This document shows, piece by piece, positions 43,790 through 51,992 of a stretch of 57,404 bases of DNA. Under the pieces are notes generated by a model, which was not told the origin of the DNA, did no database searches, and saw only the letters and a list, made by a program, of their open reading frames with translations. The position numbers were made by a program, and so were the translations under genes. Numbering within the stretch: the stretch's first letter is position 1; the number at the start of each line of letters is the position of its first letter. The stretch comes from Verrucomicrobia bacterium UBA3750 (GTDB taxonomy: Bacteria; Verrucomicrobiota; Kiritimatiellia; RFP12; UBA1067), in contig DFGM01000105.1 in assembly GCA_002371755.1 (NCBI GenBank), forward strand, positions 19,349-76,752. The letters run 5' to 3'.

Positions 43790-46756
43790 ATGGAATTTGA
43801 GAAGAAAATAAAGGCATGTTTGCTGGTGCTTGCGCTTGCGCTGCTTTCCGGCACGGTCGGTGCGCAATCGCGCAGCAGCATCTTGAACAGGTCTCGCGGA
43901 GGTGCGTCGCGCAATGCGGCATCCGCCCCGGCGGCGGCCGCAGCCAATGCGCTTGCCGAAGCGAGTGCGGCGGCGGACGGCGTCGAAGGCGACACCACGA
44001 GCGACCTCAATTTCAAGGAAGCCCCGGTGGAGATTGTGTTCCAGGTCTATGGCAAGCTTGTGGACAGGACCGTTCTCAAGGACCCCGCCACGCCATCGGT
44101 GAATATCACGCTGGAGTCGCGTCCTGGCCAGAGGCTTTCCAAGGAAGAGCAGATAGAGGCCATCGAGGTCGTGTGCGAAATGAACGGCATACACTTCGAG
44201 AACTACGGGGAGAAGTTCGTGCGCGCCCTGCCCAGGAAAGAGGCGAGCAAGGAAGGCATTCCGCTCTACATGGATCCGCAGGTGGAAGAGCTTCGCGCCG
44301 TCCCCATGGGCAAGGTCGTATCCGTGATGATAAACTTCAAGAACATCTCGGCGCAGGAAGAGGCGCAGAAGGCGCTTGAGGGGTTCAAGACGGGGAACGG
44401 GCTTCTTCAGGTCTTCGAGCGCACCAACTCCATACTTGTCACCGATACGAAGCAGAACATCGTGAGGATGCTTGAGATTGCGCGCGCCATAGATATTGCG
44501 ACGCCCGTCCTCGAGAACGTCTACGTGCGCCAGATAAAGAATGCGTCCGCCTCCGACATCAAGACGGCCCTGGAGCAGATTGTGCAGGAGTCGCAGAAGG
44601 AACTGGAGAAGAACGGGAAGGCGCAGCAGAACGCGGCCGCCAGCGCGGCGGCGCGCCCCATGCAGCCGAGCTTCCTCAGGCGCCCCGGGCAGAACGGCGC
44701 CAACCAGCAGCCGCAGCCCACCACCCTGGATTCGCTCGTCACGAGCGTTTCCGACGCCGACCGCGGCCTTATCCGCGGCAAGGTGCTCATCCTCGCGGAC
44801 GAGCGTTCCAACAAGCTCGTCGTAATCACCTCGAAGAGCAACATGGACTTCTTCGACCGCGTCATCGAGCAGCTCGACGTGGAGACGACGCCCGATACCG
44901 TCGTCAAAGTCTATCGTCTCAAATACGCGGACGCGGAGGATGTCTCCGACATGATAAACGACCTCATCGGCAATTCGGCCAGCGGCAGGAACTCCGGCTC
45001 GTCGCGCGGCAACCAGAACCAGAATGCGAAAGCGGGCTCCAGCAGCAACCTTACGCGCAACACGTCTGGCGGCTCCGCTTCACGCTCCCCGGCAAACCAG
45101 CGCTCCGGCGAAGCGAAGGCCGGCGAACTTTCCAAGGACAACACCACCGTGCTCGCCGACAAGCGCATCAACGGCCTCGTCGTCATGACCGAAAAGGAAC
45201 TCGTCCCAACCATCGAGAATATCATCCAGTCCATGGATGTGCGCCTCTCCCAAGTTCTCATTGAGACTGTCATCATCGAAGTTACGCTCGGCGACAATCT
45301 CAGCACCGGTATTGATTGGGTGTTGCGCGGTAAATCGAAAGTCCAGTCGACGCGTACCGTGACAGACGCAGATGGAAATAAGACAACAGAGAATGTATAC
45401 ATCACGGCAAGAGACACCTTGTGGAACAGAAATAGTTCGGCGCTTGGTGGCGGCGGCGGCGGGTCTCAAGGGATTATGCGAAATGTCCTTGGCATGGGCG
45501 ACAATATCACCTCTAATATGGTCACGAAGTTGTCGAGCGGGGGGTTGAACTATTTTCTGAAGTCCGACAAGCTTAATCTTGCGGCAGTAATTCAGGCGGC
45601 TAAGACAGACAACAGGGCAAAATACTTGGCCTCCCCTGTCATTATGACAGTTGACAACAAGGAAGCGACCATTGAGGCGACTGAATCGCGCAAGTTCTTC
45701 TCGGGGTACGAGACCTCCAACAGTTACTCCAACTATACGAAAACGCCGAAGTACGATTCCAAGGATATCGGCATCACTATCAAGGTTACGCCGAAAATAA
45801 ATCCCAACGGCACCGTGATGCTTGAGGTGGAAGAGGAGTATTCGCAGCTCGGCGCAGGCCAAAGCATCCTTGTTGGCGAAGGTGCAGCCAAAGAAACCAT
45901 TGATACTGCTCTGACGCGTAAAATGTCTGCAGATATTCTTCTGGAGAATTCAGAGACGGTAGTGTTAGGCGGCTTGACGGAAACCTTTGCATCGGAAAAG
46001 GAATCCGGCATACCGCTTTTGAAGGATATACCTTGGATTGGCAAGTGGCTCTTCGGTAGCGTAGAGAAGGTTGAAGACCGTAAAGAACTGCTTGTGTTCA
46101 TGACGCCGTACGTGCTGGACGATGCGGAATCTGCGCAGGCCGAAGCGTTCAGGCGCAAGAAAGCGCTTAGCGATGCGTCTCCGTGGGAGGATCATGGCTG
46201 GAGCGCATCCAAGCTTGCCGATCCAATGGCGAAGAAGGAGCAGATGCGCCGCTTGAAAGACGAGTGGAAGAAACAGGATGAAGAGCGCCAGACGCGTCTC
46301 GCGCTGGAGAAGGCTAAGCTCGACCGTGCAAAGGCACTTGAGGCGATGAGCGAAACTGAGCGCAAGTTCTGGATCGAAGCGCACCGCGAGGAGTTAGAGG
46401 AAGAGGAGCGCAAGCGTTTCGACGAGTTCATGAGGGAGCAGCGCGATTTGAGCGAACTTGCGGAGCAGATACGTGCAAAGCGCATGGCAGAGGCCGAGAC
46501 TAAGATAGAGAAAGCGGTAGAGGCAGAGGCCGAGAAGAAGTCTCCCAAGCCTGAATCGTCTCTCGCGCCGGCGCCTGAGCCGTCTGGAACCAATAATGGA
46601 TCCGCGCCCAGCGCCCCGCAACCCGCGCCAAGTGGAGATGGCCAGGCTGAGCCTGTCCAATCGGCCCCAGCCGGCCAAGAGCTGAAATTCATGCTTGAAG
46701 ATCTTGAATCCGAAAGCACCGTGCCCCTCACTCCCGCCACAGCCCCAGCAGCATGA
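43790..46756 (+). CDS. secretin (GspD/PilQ family) with N0-N3 domains and a charged/Pro-rich C-terminal extension of about 210 aa
   Basis: N0: LNFKEAPVEIVFQVYGKLVDRTVLKDP. N domains: ILVTDTKQNIVRMLEIARAIDI, ILADERSNKLVVITSKSNMDFFDRVIEQLDV and VLADKRINGLVVMTEKELVPTIENIIQSMDV. Secretin core: SQVLIETVIIEVTL...GIPLLKDIPWIGKWLFG...ELLVFMTPYVL. A Lys/Glu-rich tail follows from about 46126. Confidence 0.9.
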   Translation: MEFEKKIKACLLVLALALLSGTVGAQSRSSILNRSRGGASRNAASAPAAAAANALAEASAAADGVEGDTTSDLNFKEAPVEIVFQVYGKLVDRTVLKDPATPSVNITLESRPGQRLSKEEQIEAIEVVCEMNGIHFENYGEKFVRALPRKEASKEGIPLYMDPQVEELRAVPMGKVVSVMINFKNISAQEEAQKALEGFKTGNGLLQVFERTNSILVTDTKQNIVRMLEIARAIDIATPVLENVYVRQIKNASASDIKTALEQIVQESQKELEKNGKAQQNAAASAAARPMQPSFLRRPGQNGANQQPQPTTLDSLVTSVSDADRGLIRGKVLILADERSNKLVVITSKSNMDFFDRVIEQLDVETTPDTVVKVYRLKYADAEDVSDMINDLIGNSASGRNSGSSRGNQNQNAKAGSSSNLTRNTSGGSASRSPANQRSGEAKAGELSKDNTTVLADKRINGLVVMTEKELVPTIENIIQSMDVRLSQVLIETVIIEVTLGDNLSTGIDWVLRGKSKVQSTRTVTDADGNKTTENVYITARDTLWNRNSSALGGGGGGSQGIMRNVLGMGDNITSNMVTKLSSGGLNYFLKSDKLNLAAVIQAAKTDNRAKYLASPVIMTVDNKEATIEATESRKFFSGYETSNSYSNYTKTPKYDSKDIGITIKVTPKINPNGTVMLEVEEEYSQLGAGQSILVGEGAAKETIDTALTRKMSADILLENSETVVLGGLTETFASEKESGIPLLKDIPWIGKWLFGSVEKVEDRKELLVFMTPYVLDDAESAQAEAFRRKKALSDASPWEDHGWSASKLADPMAKKEQMRRLKDEWKKQDEERQTRLALEKAKLDRAKALEAMSETERKFWIEAHREELEEEERKRFDEFMREQRDLSELAEQIRAKRMAEAETKIEKAVEAEAEKKSPKPESSLAPAPEPSGTNNGSAPSAPQPAPSGDGQAEPVQSAPAGQELKFMLEDLESESTVPLTPATAPAA

Positions 46757-47313
46757 TTGCAGAGATAAACGAACAGGTTTTGCGCGATTATTTCGCCAGG
46801 CTCGACAGGCTTGTCGCGCCGGGCACTGAATTGTTCGTTTTCGGCGGTGCGTCAATAGCGCTTCTTGGCTCTAAAATCCGCACTACCGTGGATGTCGATG
46901 TGGCGGCGCCTTATTCCAGGGTGGATATGGTTTCGTTCAAGGAGGCGTCAAAACTTGCCGGGCTTCCTGTCAATCCAGGGATGGGGTATCAAGGCGCGTA
47001 TTTGGAGTTTGTCGAAGAGAGAATGCTTGCCTTGCCGGTCCAGAAGAGGGATGAAGCCACAGTCCTTTTCAGGGGATTGAACTTGACCGTAATCACAGCT
47101 TCCGAATCCGATCTCGTGGCCTCAAAACTTGTGCGCTATAACGACAAGGACAGGTCCGACGTGCAATTTCTCGCCGGTTTGGGCAAGGTGTCGCCGGAAG
47201 ATGTCAAAGCCTCGGTCGCCAGAATGTCGCCAAGGCTCAGAAGCGACGTGCTTGTGGCGGAAAATCTCTCCAATCTCGAGACAGATTTTATGCTATGGAA
47301 GGAGATATCGTGA
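46753..47313 (+). CDS. nucleotidyltransferase-fold protein (minimal NTase / DUF6036-like)
   Basis: LFVFGGASIALLGSKIRTTVDVDVAAPY has the form G-G-x14-D-V-D-V, a pol-beta NTase signature with a slightly long spacer. 186 aa. ATGA overlap with the secretin stop. Confidence 0.5.
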   Translation: MIAEINEQVLRDYFARLDRLVAPGTELFVFGGASIALLGSKIRTTVDVDVAAPYSRVDMVSFKEASKLAGLPVNPGMGYQGAYLEFVEERMLALPVQKRDEATVLFRGLNLTVITASESDLVASKLVRYNDKDRSDVQFLAGLGKVSPEDVKASVARMSPRLRSDVLVAENLSNLETDFMLWKEIS

Positions 47314-47660
47314 CCCCTAGGGAGAGACAGCGGCTGGCCTATGAGCTTGCATTTCTGCCTGAGAGGCTCAACGGCATGTGCCATTCTTGGCTCAAGGCGC
47401 CAGGCGAAGCGGATCCCGACGAATTGCGGGCGCTTGACGAAGCGGCCTTATTGCACCTGCCGTTGCCGGAAGGCTGCGCCAATGCCAGGGCCGTGTACCG
47501 ACTTGCACTCTATCAAGCCGGCGCGTCGCCGTACGGCATGCGAACTTTCATACGCAATGTGCGCATGCGTCTGGGAAGACCGGCCTTGACGGATTCCTCC
47601 GTGCCAAAATCACTTGTTGCGGATGTCGCCCTCCCGCACTACCATATCCCTGAGGTGTGA
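47310..47660 (+). CDS. hypothetical ~116-aa protein coupled to the NTase gene
   Basis: The GTGA overlap with the NTase stop has SD GGAG 5 nt upstream. An alternative start is ATG 47295. No recognisable domain. Confidence 0.4.
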   Translation: MTPRERQRLAYELAFLPERLNGMCHSWLKAPGEADPDELRALDEAALLHLPLPEGCANARAVYRLALYQAGASPYGMRTFIRNVRMRLGRPALTDSSVPKSLVADVALPHYHIPEV

Positions 47661-47706
47661 AAATGACGCAGACGAGGGAAGGTGTGAAGCGAAAGGAGAA
47701 GATTTG

Positions 47707-48663
47707 ATGAATCTGAAAGCGATAGCGGTGATAGTGCTGGCTCTGGCAGGCATTGCAGGGGCGTTTTCGTGGGTGAAGACGGCGTCTTTGCGCGAGGAGG
47801 AGGCGCAGGCCCTCCAGGCTGCCGAAGAAGCCAAGGAGGAGGCGGCAAAGCAGGCCATGCGCAAGGCGGAAGCGGAAAAGAAGACTGCCGAAGCGAACGA
47901 GAGGGCGAAGAAGGCGGAGGCCGAAGCGGCAAGAGCCAAGAGCGAGACGGCTAAAGCCGAGAAGGATGCCGCGAAGGCCGCGGAAAAGAAGGCCGAACTC
48001 GACGGCAAGGCGGCAAAGGACCTGCGAGCGGCCAAAGAGGCAGAGGCGAAAGCCGCTGCCGACGTGAAGGCTGCAGAGAAGGCGAAAGCCGAAGCCGCCC
48101 AGGCCGAAGCCGCAAAGGCCGAAGCCGAAAAGGCAAAAGCCGAGGCCGAGGCCCAGACCGAGGCAGCAAAGACAGAGCGTGAGCGGATAGCCGCCCAGGC
48201 CATTGCCGACGAGGCGAAGCTGATGGAGCTGCGCGCCATGGATCTCGCTTCCATGGAGCGCGACCTTATCGATTTCAAGCGGGAACTCGACGAACGCGAA
48301 AGGGCGCTGCGCCCCGACAAGACGGCGGCCGACCTTGCTTGGGTGGCGGAAGCCGAGGCGGAGACGATAGGCGAGACGAACAGAGTCAAGAAGGCTGTGA
48401 AGGTGCTGCCGGAAAACGACCCTTCGCTACCGAAAGAGACGCGAGAACTTGCGCGCAGGGAGAGACTGCTCGGCGAAGCTTTCGAGGCCGAGAGGGAGAG
48501 AATCCGCAATGAGGCTCTGGCACGTCTCGAAACGCTGCTCCGCAAGGCCCGCGAAGAGGATAGGGTCGTCGACGCGGAATCCTATTTCAAAACCATAAAA
48601 TCGCTTTATCCCGATTGGAAACCGGGAATGCAGGAACAGGAAAAGGAAGAAGAAAAGAAATGA
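47707..48663 (+). CDS. membrane-anchored Ala/Lys/Glu-rich coiled-coil protein (TolA-like composition)
   Basis: Start at ATG 47707 after SD AGGAG. TM MNLKAIAVIVLALAGIAGAFSWV. About 140 aa of AEAKAAEKAKAEA-type repeats. Confidence 0.6.
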   Translation: MNLKAIAVIVLALAGIAGAFSWVKTASLREEEAQALQAAEEAKEEAAKQAMRKAEAEKKTAEANERAKKAEAEAARAKSETAKAEKDAAKAAEKKAELDGKAAKDLRAAKEAEAKAAADVKAAEKAKAEAAQAEAAKAEAEKAKAEAEAQTEAAKTERERIAAQAIADEAKLMELRAMDLASMERDLIDFKRELDERERALRPDKTAADLAWVAEAEAETIGETNRVKKAVKVLPENDPSLPKETRELARRERLLGEAFEAERERIRNEALARLETLLRKAREEDRVVDAESYFKTIKSLYPDWKPGMQEQEKEEEKK

Positions 48664-49778
48664 GTCTCTCGGTAGGTATAGTGGGACTTCCAAATGTCGG
48701 AAAGTCGACATTGTTCAACGCACTCACGAAGAAGCAGCAGGCGGCGGCGGAGAACTATCCGTTCTGCACGATAGAACCCAACAGCGCCATTGTCGAAGTG
48801 GCAGACGAAAGGCTCGCGAAGCTTGCGGAAATAGTCCATCCCCAGCAGATAATCCATGCGACGGTGGAGTTCACCGATATCGCCGGGCTGGTGAAGGGGG
48901 CTTCCAAAGGCGAAGGCCTCGGCAACAAGTTTCTGGCGAACATCCGCGAGTGCGATGCGATACTGCATGTCGTCAGGTGTTTCGAGAACGACGACATCAT
49001 CCACGTGCAGGAGGGCGGCAACAAGTCCGCCCCCATCGACCCGGTGAGCGATGCCGAGGTGATCGAGACGGAACTCATTCTTGCGGACATGGAGCAGCTC
49101 CAGAAGCGTTACGACAAGGTGCGCAAGGAGGCGCAGGCTAAGGTGGCGCTGCGGCCGGAAGCGGAAGCGTGCGCAGCCTTGCTCAAGCATCTGGAGGAAG
49201 GCAAGAGCGTGAGGACGTTTCCGCGCAAAGAGGGGGATGCGATTCTCGGCGTTCTCAAGGAGCTCCATTTCCTCACGGACAAGAAAGTCATCTACTGCGC
49301 CAACGTTTCGGACGACAATGTGACCGGCGAAGGGAATCCTCATGTGGCGGCGCTGAAGGAATATGCTGACCGGGAGGGTGCCGAGACCGTGGTCGTGTGC
49401 GCGCAGATGGAAGCGGATCTCGCGGGTTTGAGCGATGCGGAGGCGAAAGAGTTTCTCGAAAGCTACGGACTCGAGGAAAGTTCTCTGGACCGCACCATAC
49501 AGCTTGCGTACCGCACGCTCGGGCTTGCGAGCTATCTTACGGCGGGTCCGAAGGAGGTGCGCGCCTGGACTTTCCGGCGCGGCTGGAAGGCCCCGAAGTG
49601 TGCAGGCGTAATCCACACCGACTTTGAAAAGGGATTCATCCGCGCTCAGGTGGTGTCGTACGAAGACTACGTGAAGTACGGCGGCGAATCCGGCGCGAGA
49701 GCGGCAGGCGCTCTCAGGCCGGAAGGCAAGGAATACGAAATGCAGGATGGCGATGTAGTGGAGTTCATGTTCAATTAG
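48660..49778 (+). CDS. ychF: ribosome-binding ATPase YchF
   Basis: MSLSVGIVGLPNVGKSTLFNALT, DIAGLVKGAS and a TGS-like C-terminus. ATGA overlap with the upstream stop. Confidence 0.95.
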   Translation: MSLSVGIVGLPNVGKSTLFNALTKKQQAAAENYPFCTIEPNSAIVEVADERLAKLAEIVHPQQIIHATVEFTDIAGLVKGASKGEGLGNKFLANIRECDAILHVVRCFENDDIIHVQEGGNKSAPIDPVSDAEVIETELILADMEQLQKRYDKVRKEAQAKVALRPEAEACAALLKHLEEGKSVRTFPRKEGDAILGVLKELHFLTDKKVIYCANVSDDNVTGEGNPHVAALKEYADREGAETVVVCAQMEADLAGLSDAEAKEFLESYGLEESSLDRTIQLAYRTLGLASYLTAGPKEVRAWTFRRGWKAPKCAGVIHTDFEKGFIRAQVVSYEDYVKYGGESGARAAGALRPEGKEYEMQDGDVVEFMFN

Positions 49779-49904
49779 AGAGAGTTAGGAGCAAAGCCGT
49801 CCGTCCCCGCTCCGTGCAGCAGTGCGAATGACGATGACTTGGAAAGTCAGGATGCAGGCAAGGAGCCGGGAGCCGGAAGGAGTCAAGACAAAGGAGACAT
49901 GACG

Positions 49905-51275
49905 ATGCAATACGTTTCAACGAGAAAAGGATATCGCGCCAGCGCGGTCGAAACTGTTTTCCAGGGGCTTGCGCCCGATGGCGGGCTTTATGTGCCCGAG
50001 AGTGTCAAGAGCGAAGAGCTGCCCGTGTTTCCCGGGCTGGGGGAGGCGGAGGATTATGTTCTCAAGCGGCTTTTCGGCGACTTCCCGGAGAAAGTCCGCT
50101 GCGAGGCGATTGCGCGCCTCCTTTCGCGCTTCCCCGAAGGCGATGCGGTGCCTGTGGTCGAAGCGGGCGGGATGCACATCCTTGAGCTCTTCCACGGGCG
50201 CACGGGTGCATTCAAGGATGTGGCGCTTTCCATGCTTCCCGTATTTATGCGCCATTCCGCCGGAGGGAGAAGGGTGCTTGTGCTTACCGCGACAAGCGGC
50301 GATACGGGTTCTGCGGCGATGCAGGGTTTTGCGGGTGTCGATGGAACGGCCGTGGCGGTGTTCTTCCCCAATACCGGCACTTCGCGCATCCAGCGTCTCC
50401 AGATGACGACTCCGGCCGATGCAAACGTGCATGCCATCGCGATACGCGGCAACTTCGACGACGCGCAGGCCGCCGTGAAGCGCATATTCGCTTCCAAGGC
50501 GATGAACGACGAAGCGAAGGCGCGCAACGTGTTTCTTTCGTCCGCAAACTCCATCAACACGGGGCGGCTCGTTCCGCAAATCGGCTACTATATGCTTGCG
50601 GCGTCACGCCTTGGCGAGTATGACGTGGTGGTGCCGTCCGGCAACTTCGGCAACATCCTTGCCGCCTACTACGCCAAACTCCTCGGCGCGAAAATCGGCA
50701 CGTTCGTTTGCGCTTCCAACGTGAACGATGTGCTTGCGCGCTTCGTGAAGACGGGTGTGTACGACCCCGGCGACAAGTTCACGGTCACGAACTCGCCATC
50801 CATGGACATCCGCAAGTCCTCCAACGTCGAAAGACTCCTTTGGATTCTCAACGACGGGGATTGCGACGAGGTTTCCCGCCTTATGGACGACTTGGCCGTG
50901 AAGGGTCGCTACGAATTGAACGACAAGGCGAAAGCGAAACTCTTTGCGGAGTTCAAGGGCGGTGTGGCCACACCCGAAGAGACGGAGGCCGAAATGCGCA
51001 GGATGCGCGACGAGGCGGGCTATGTGCTCGACCCCCACACCGCGGTCGCGACAAAAGTGGCGCGCGACCTGGGCTATCCCAAGGCCGGGCGCAAGGTGCT
51101 TGTGGCCGCCACGGCCACGCCTTACAAGTTCCCCGAGACTTGCGCAAAGGCGTTCGGCGAAGGAGTCCTTGCCGACCCTCCACCGTCCTTCCGCGATTTG
51201 GAGACCCTCCCGATAGTCCAGAACAAGGTGGTGGATGTCGCCGGAATCGACGAGGCAGTGAGAGAACTCCTATGA
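49905..51275 (+). CDS. thrC: threonine synthase
   Basis: MQYVSTRKGY... and LAPDGGLYVPE. PLP-lysine motif HGRTGAFKDVA. SD AAGGAG 8 nt before ATG 49905. Confidence 0.9.
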   Translation: MQYVSTRKGYRASAVETVFQGLAPDGGLYVPESVKSEELPVFPGLGEAEDYVLKRLFGDFPEKVRCEAIARLLSRFPEGDAVPVVEAGGMHILELFHGRTGAFKDVALSMLPVFMRHSAGGRRVLVLTATSGDTGSAAMQGFAGVDGTAVAVFFPNTGTSRIQRLQMTTPADANVHAIAIRGNFDDAQAAVKRIFASKAMNDEAKARNVFLSSANSINTGRLVPQIGYYMLAASRLGEYDVVVPSGNFGNILAAYYAKLLGAKIGTFVCASNVNDVLARFVKTGVYDPGDKFTVTNSPSMDIRKSSNVERLLWILNDGDCDEVSRLMDDLAVKGRYELNDKAKAKLFAEFKGGVATPEETEAEMRRMRDEAGYVLDPHTAVATKVARDLGYPKAGRKVLVAATATPYKFPETCAKAFGEGVLADPPPSFRDLETLPIVQNKVVDVAGIDEAVRELL

Positions 51276-51859
51276 CGCTGTATGTAGCCACGCACAACGC
51301 CCACAAGCTCGAGGAGATTCGCGGGATTCTGCCTGGCTTCTCCATTGTGGCCGACGATCCCGATGGAGTGGAGGAGACGGCGCCCGATTTTGCCGGCAAT
51401 GCGCTCATCAAGGTGCGAGCGATAGCTTCGCGGCACAAGGGCGCGTGGTGCATGGCGGATGATTCCGGGTTGGAGGTGGCGGCGCTCGGAGGCGCACCGG
51501 GCGTGAGAAGCGCCCGCTATGCAGGCGAACCCACCGACACCAAGGCAAACAACGCACTCTTGCTGAAGAATCTCGAAGGCGTAGAGAACCGCAAGGCGAA
51601 CTTCACTTGCGCAATTGCGCTTGCCGCTCCCGACGGCACGGAGCATGTGGTCGAAGGAAAATGCTTCGGCGCGATTTCCGCTTCTCCCTCCGGCTCTCAT
51701 GGTTTCGGCTACGATCCGCTCTTTGTCCCGGATGGCTACGACAAGTCCTTTGCCGAACTCGGCCCAGACGTCAAAAACGCAATCTCCCACCGTTCCCGTG
51801 CGCTTGCCGAGGCCAAAAAGACGATAGAAGCGGTTGCGCGACCCGGTAGGGATGCGTGA
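51272..51859 (+). CDS. rdgB: dITP/XTP pyrophosphatase (RdgB/HAM1)
   Basis: LYVATHNAHKLEEI, DDSGLEV, GFGYDPLF and ISHRSRA motifs. ATGA overlap with the thrC stop. Confidence 0.9.
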   Translation: MTLYVATHNAHKLEEIRGILPGFSIVADDPDGVEETAPDFAGNALIKVRAIASRHKGAWCMADDSGLEVAALGGAPGVRSARYAGEPTDTKANNALLLKNLEGVENRKANFTCAIALAAPDGTEHVVEGKCFGAISASPSGSHGFGYDPLFVPDGYDKSFAELGPDVKNAISHRSRALAEAKKTIEAVARPGRDA

Positions 51860-51992
51860 CCATGCCAACGGTGCGGAAAAGTTTTGCAACTATCGGAGGA
51901 TGTGCTGGAAGGCACTGCGGGCACGAAGCTTGCGCCGGACGGGCTCATGAAGCTCTTCGACGCATGAGGAAACGGATTTTAGAGGAAAGACG

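Noticed and set aside
47358-47380. HEPN-like R-x5-H motif (RLNGMCH) in the small ORF downstream of the NTase, which would make an MNT-HEPN pair.
   Set aside because: It is a single short pattern near the N-terminus, whereas HEPN toxins carry it in the C-terminal helical core. It is too weak to call without profile or structure searches.
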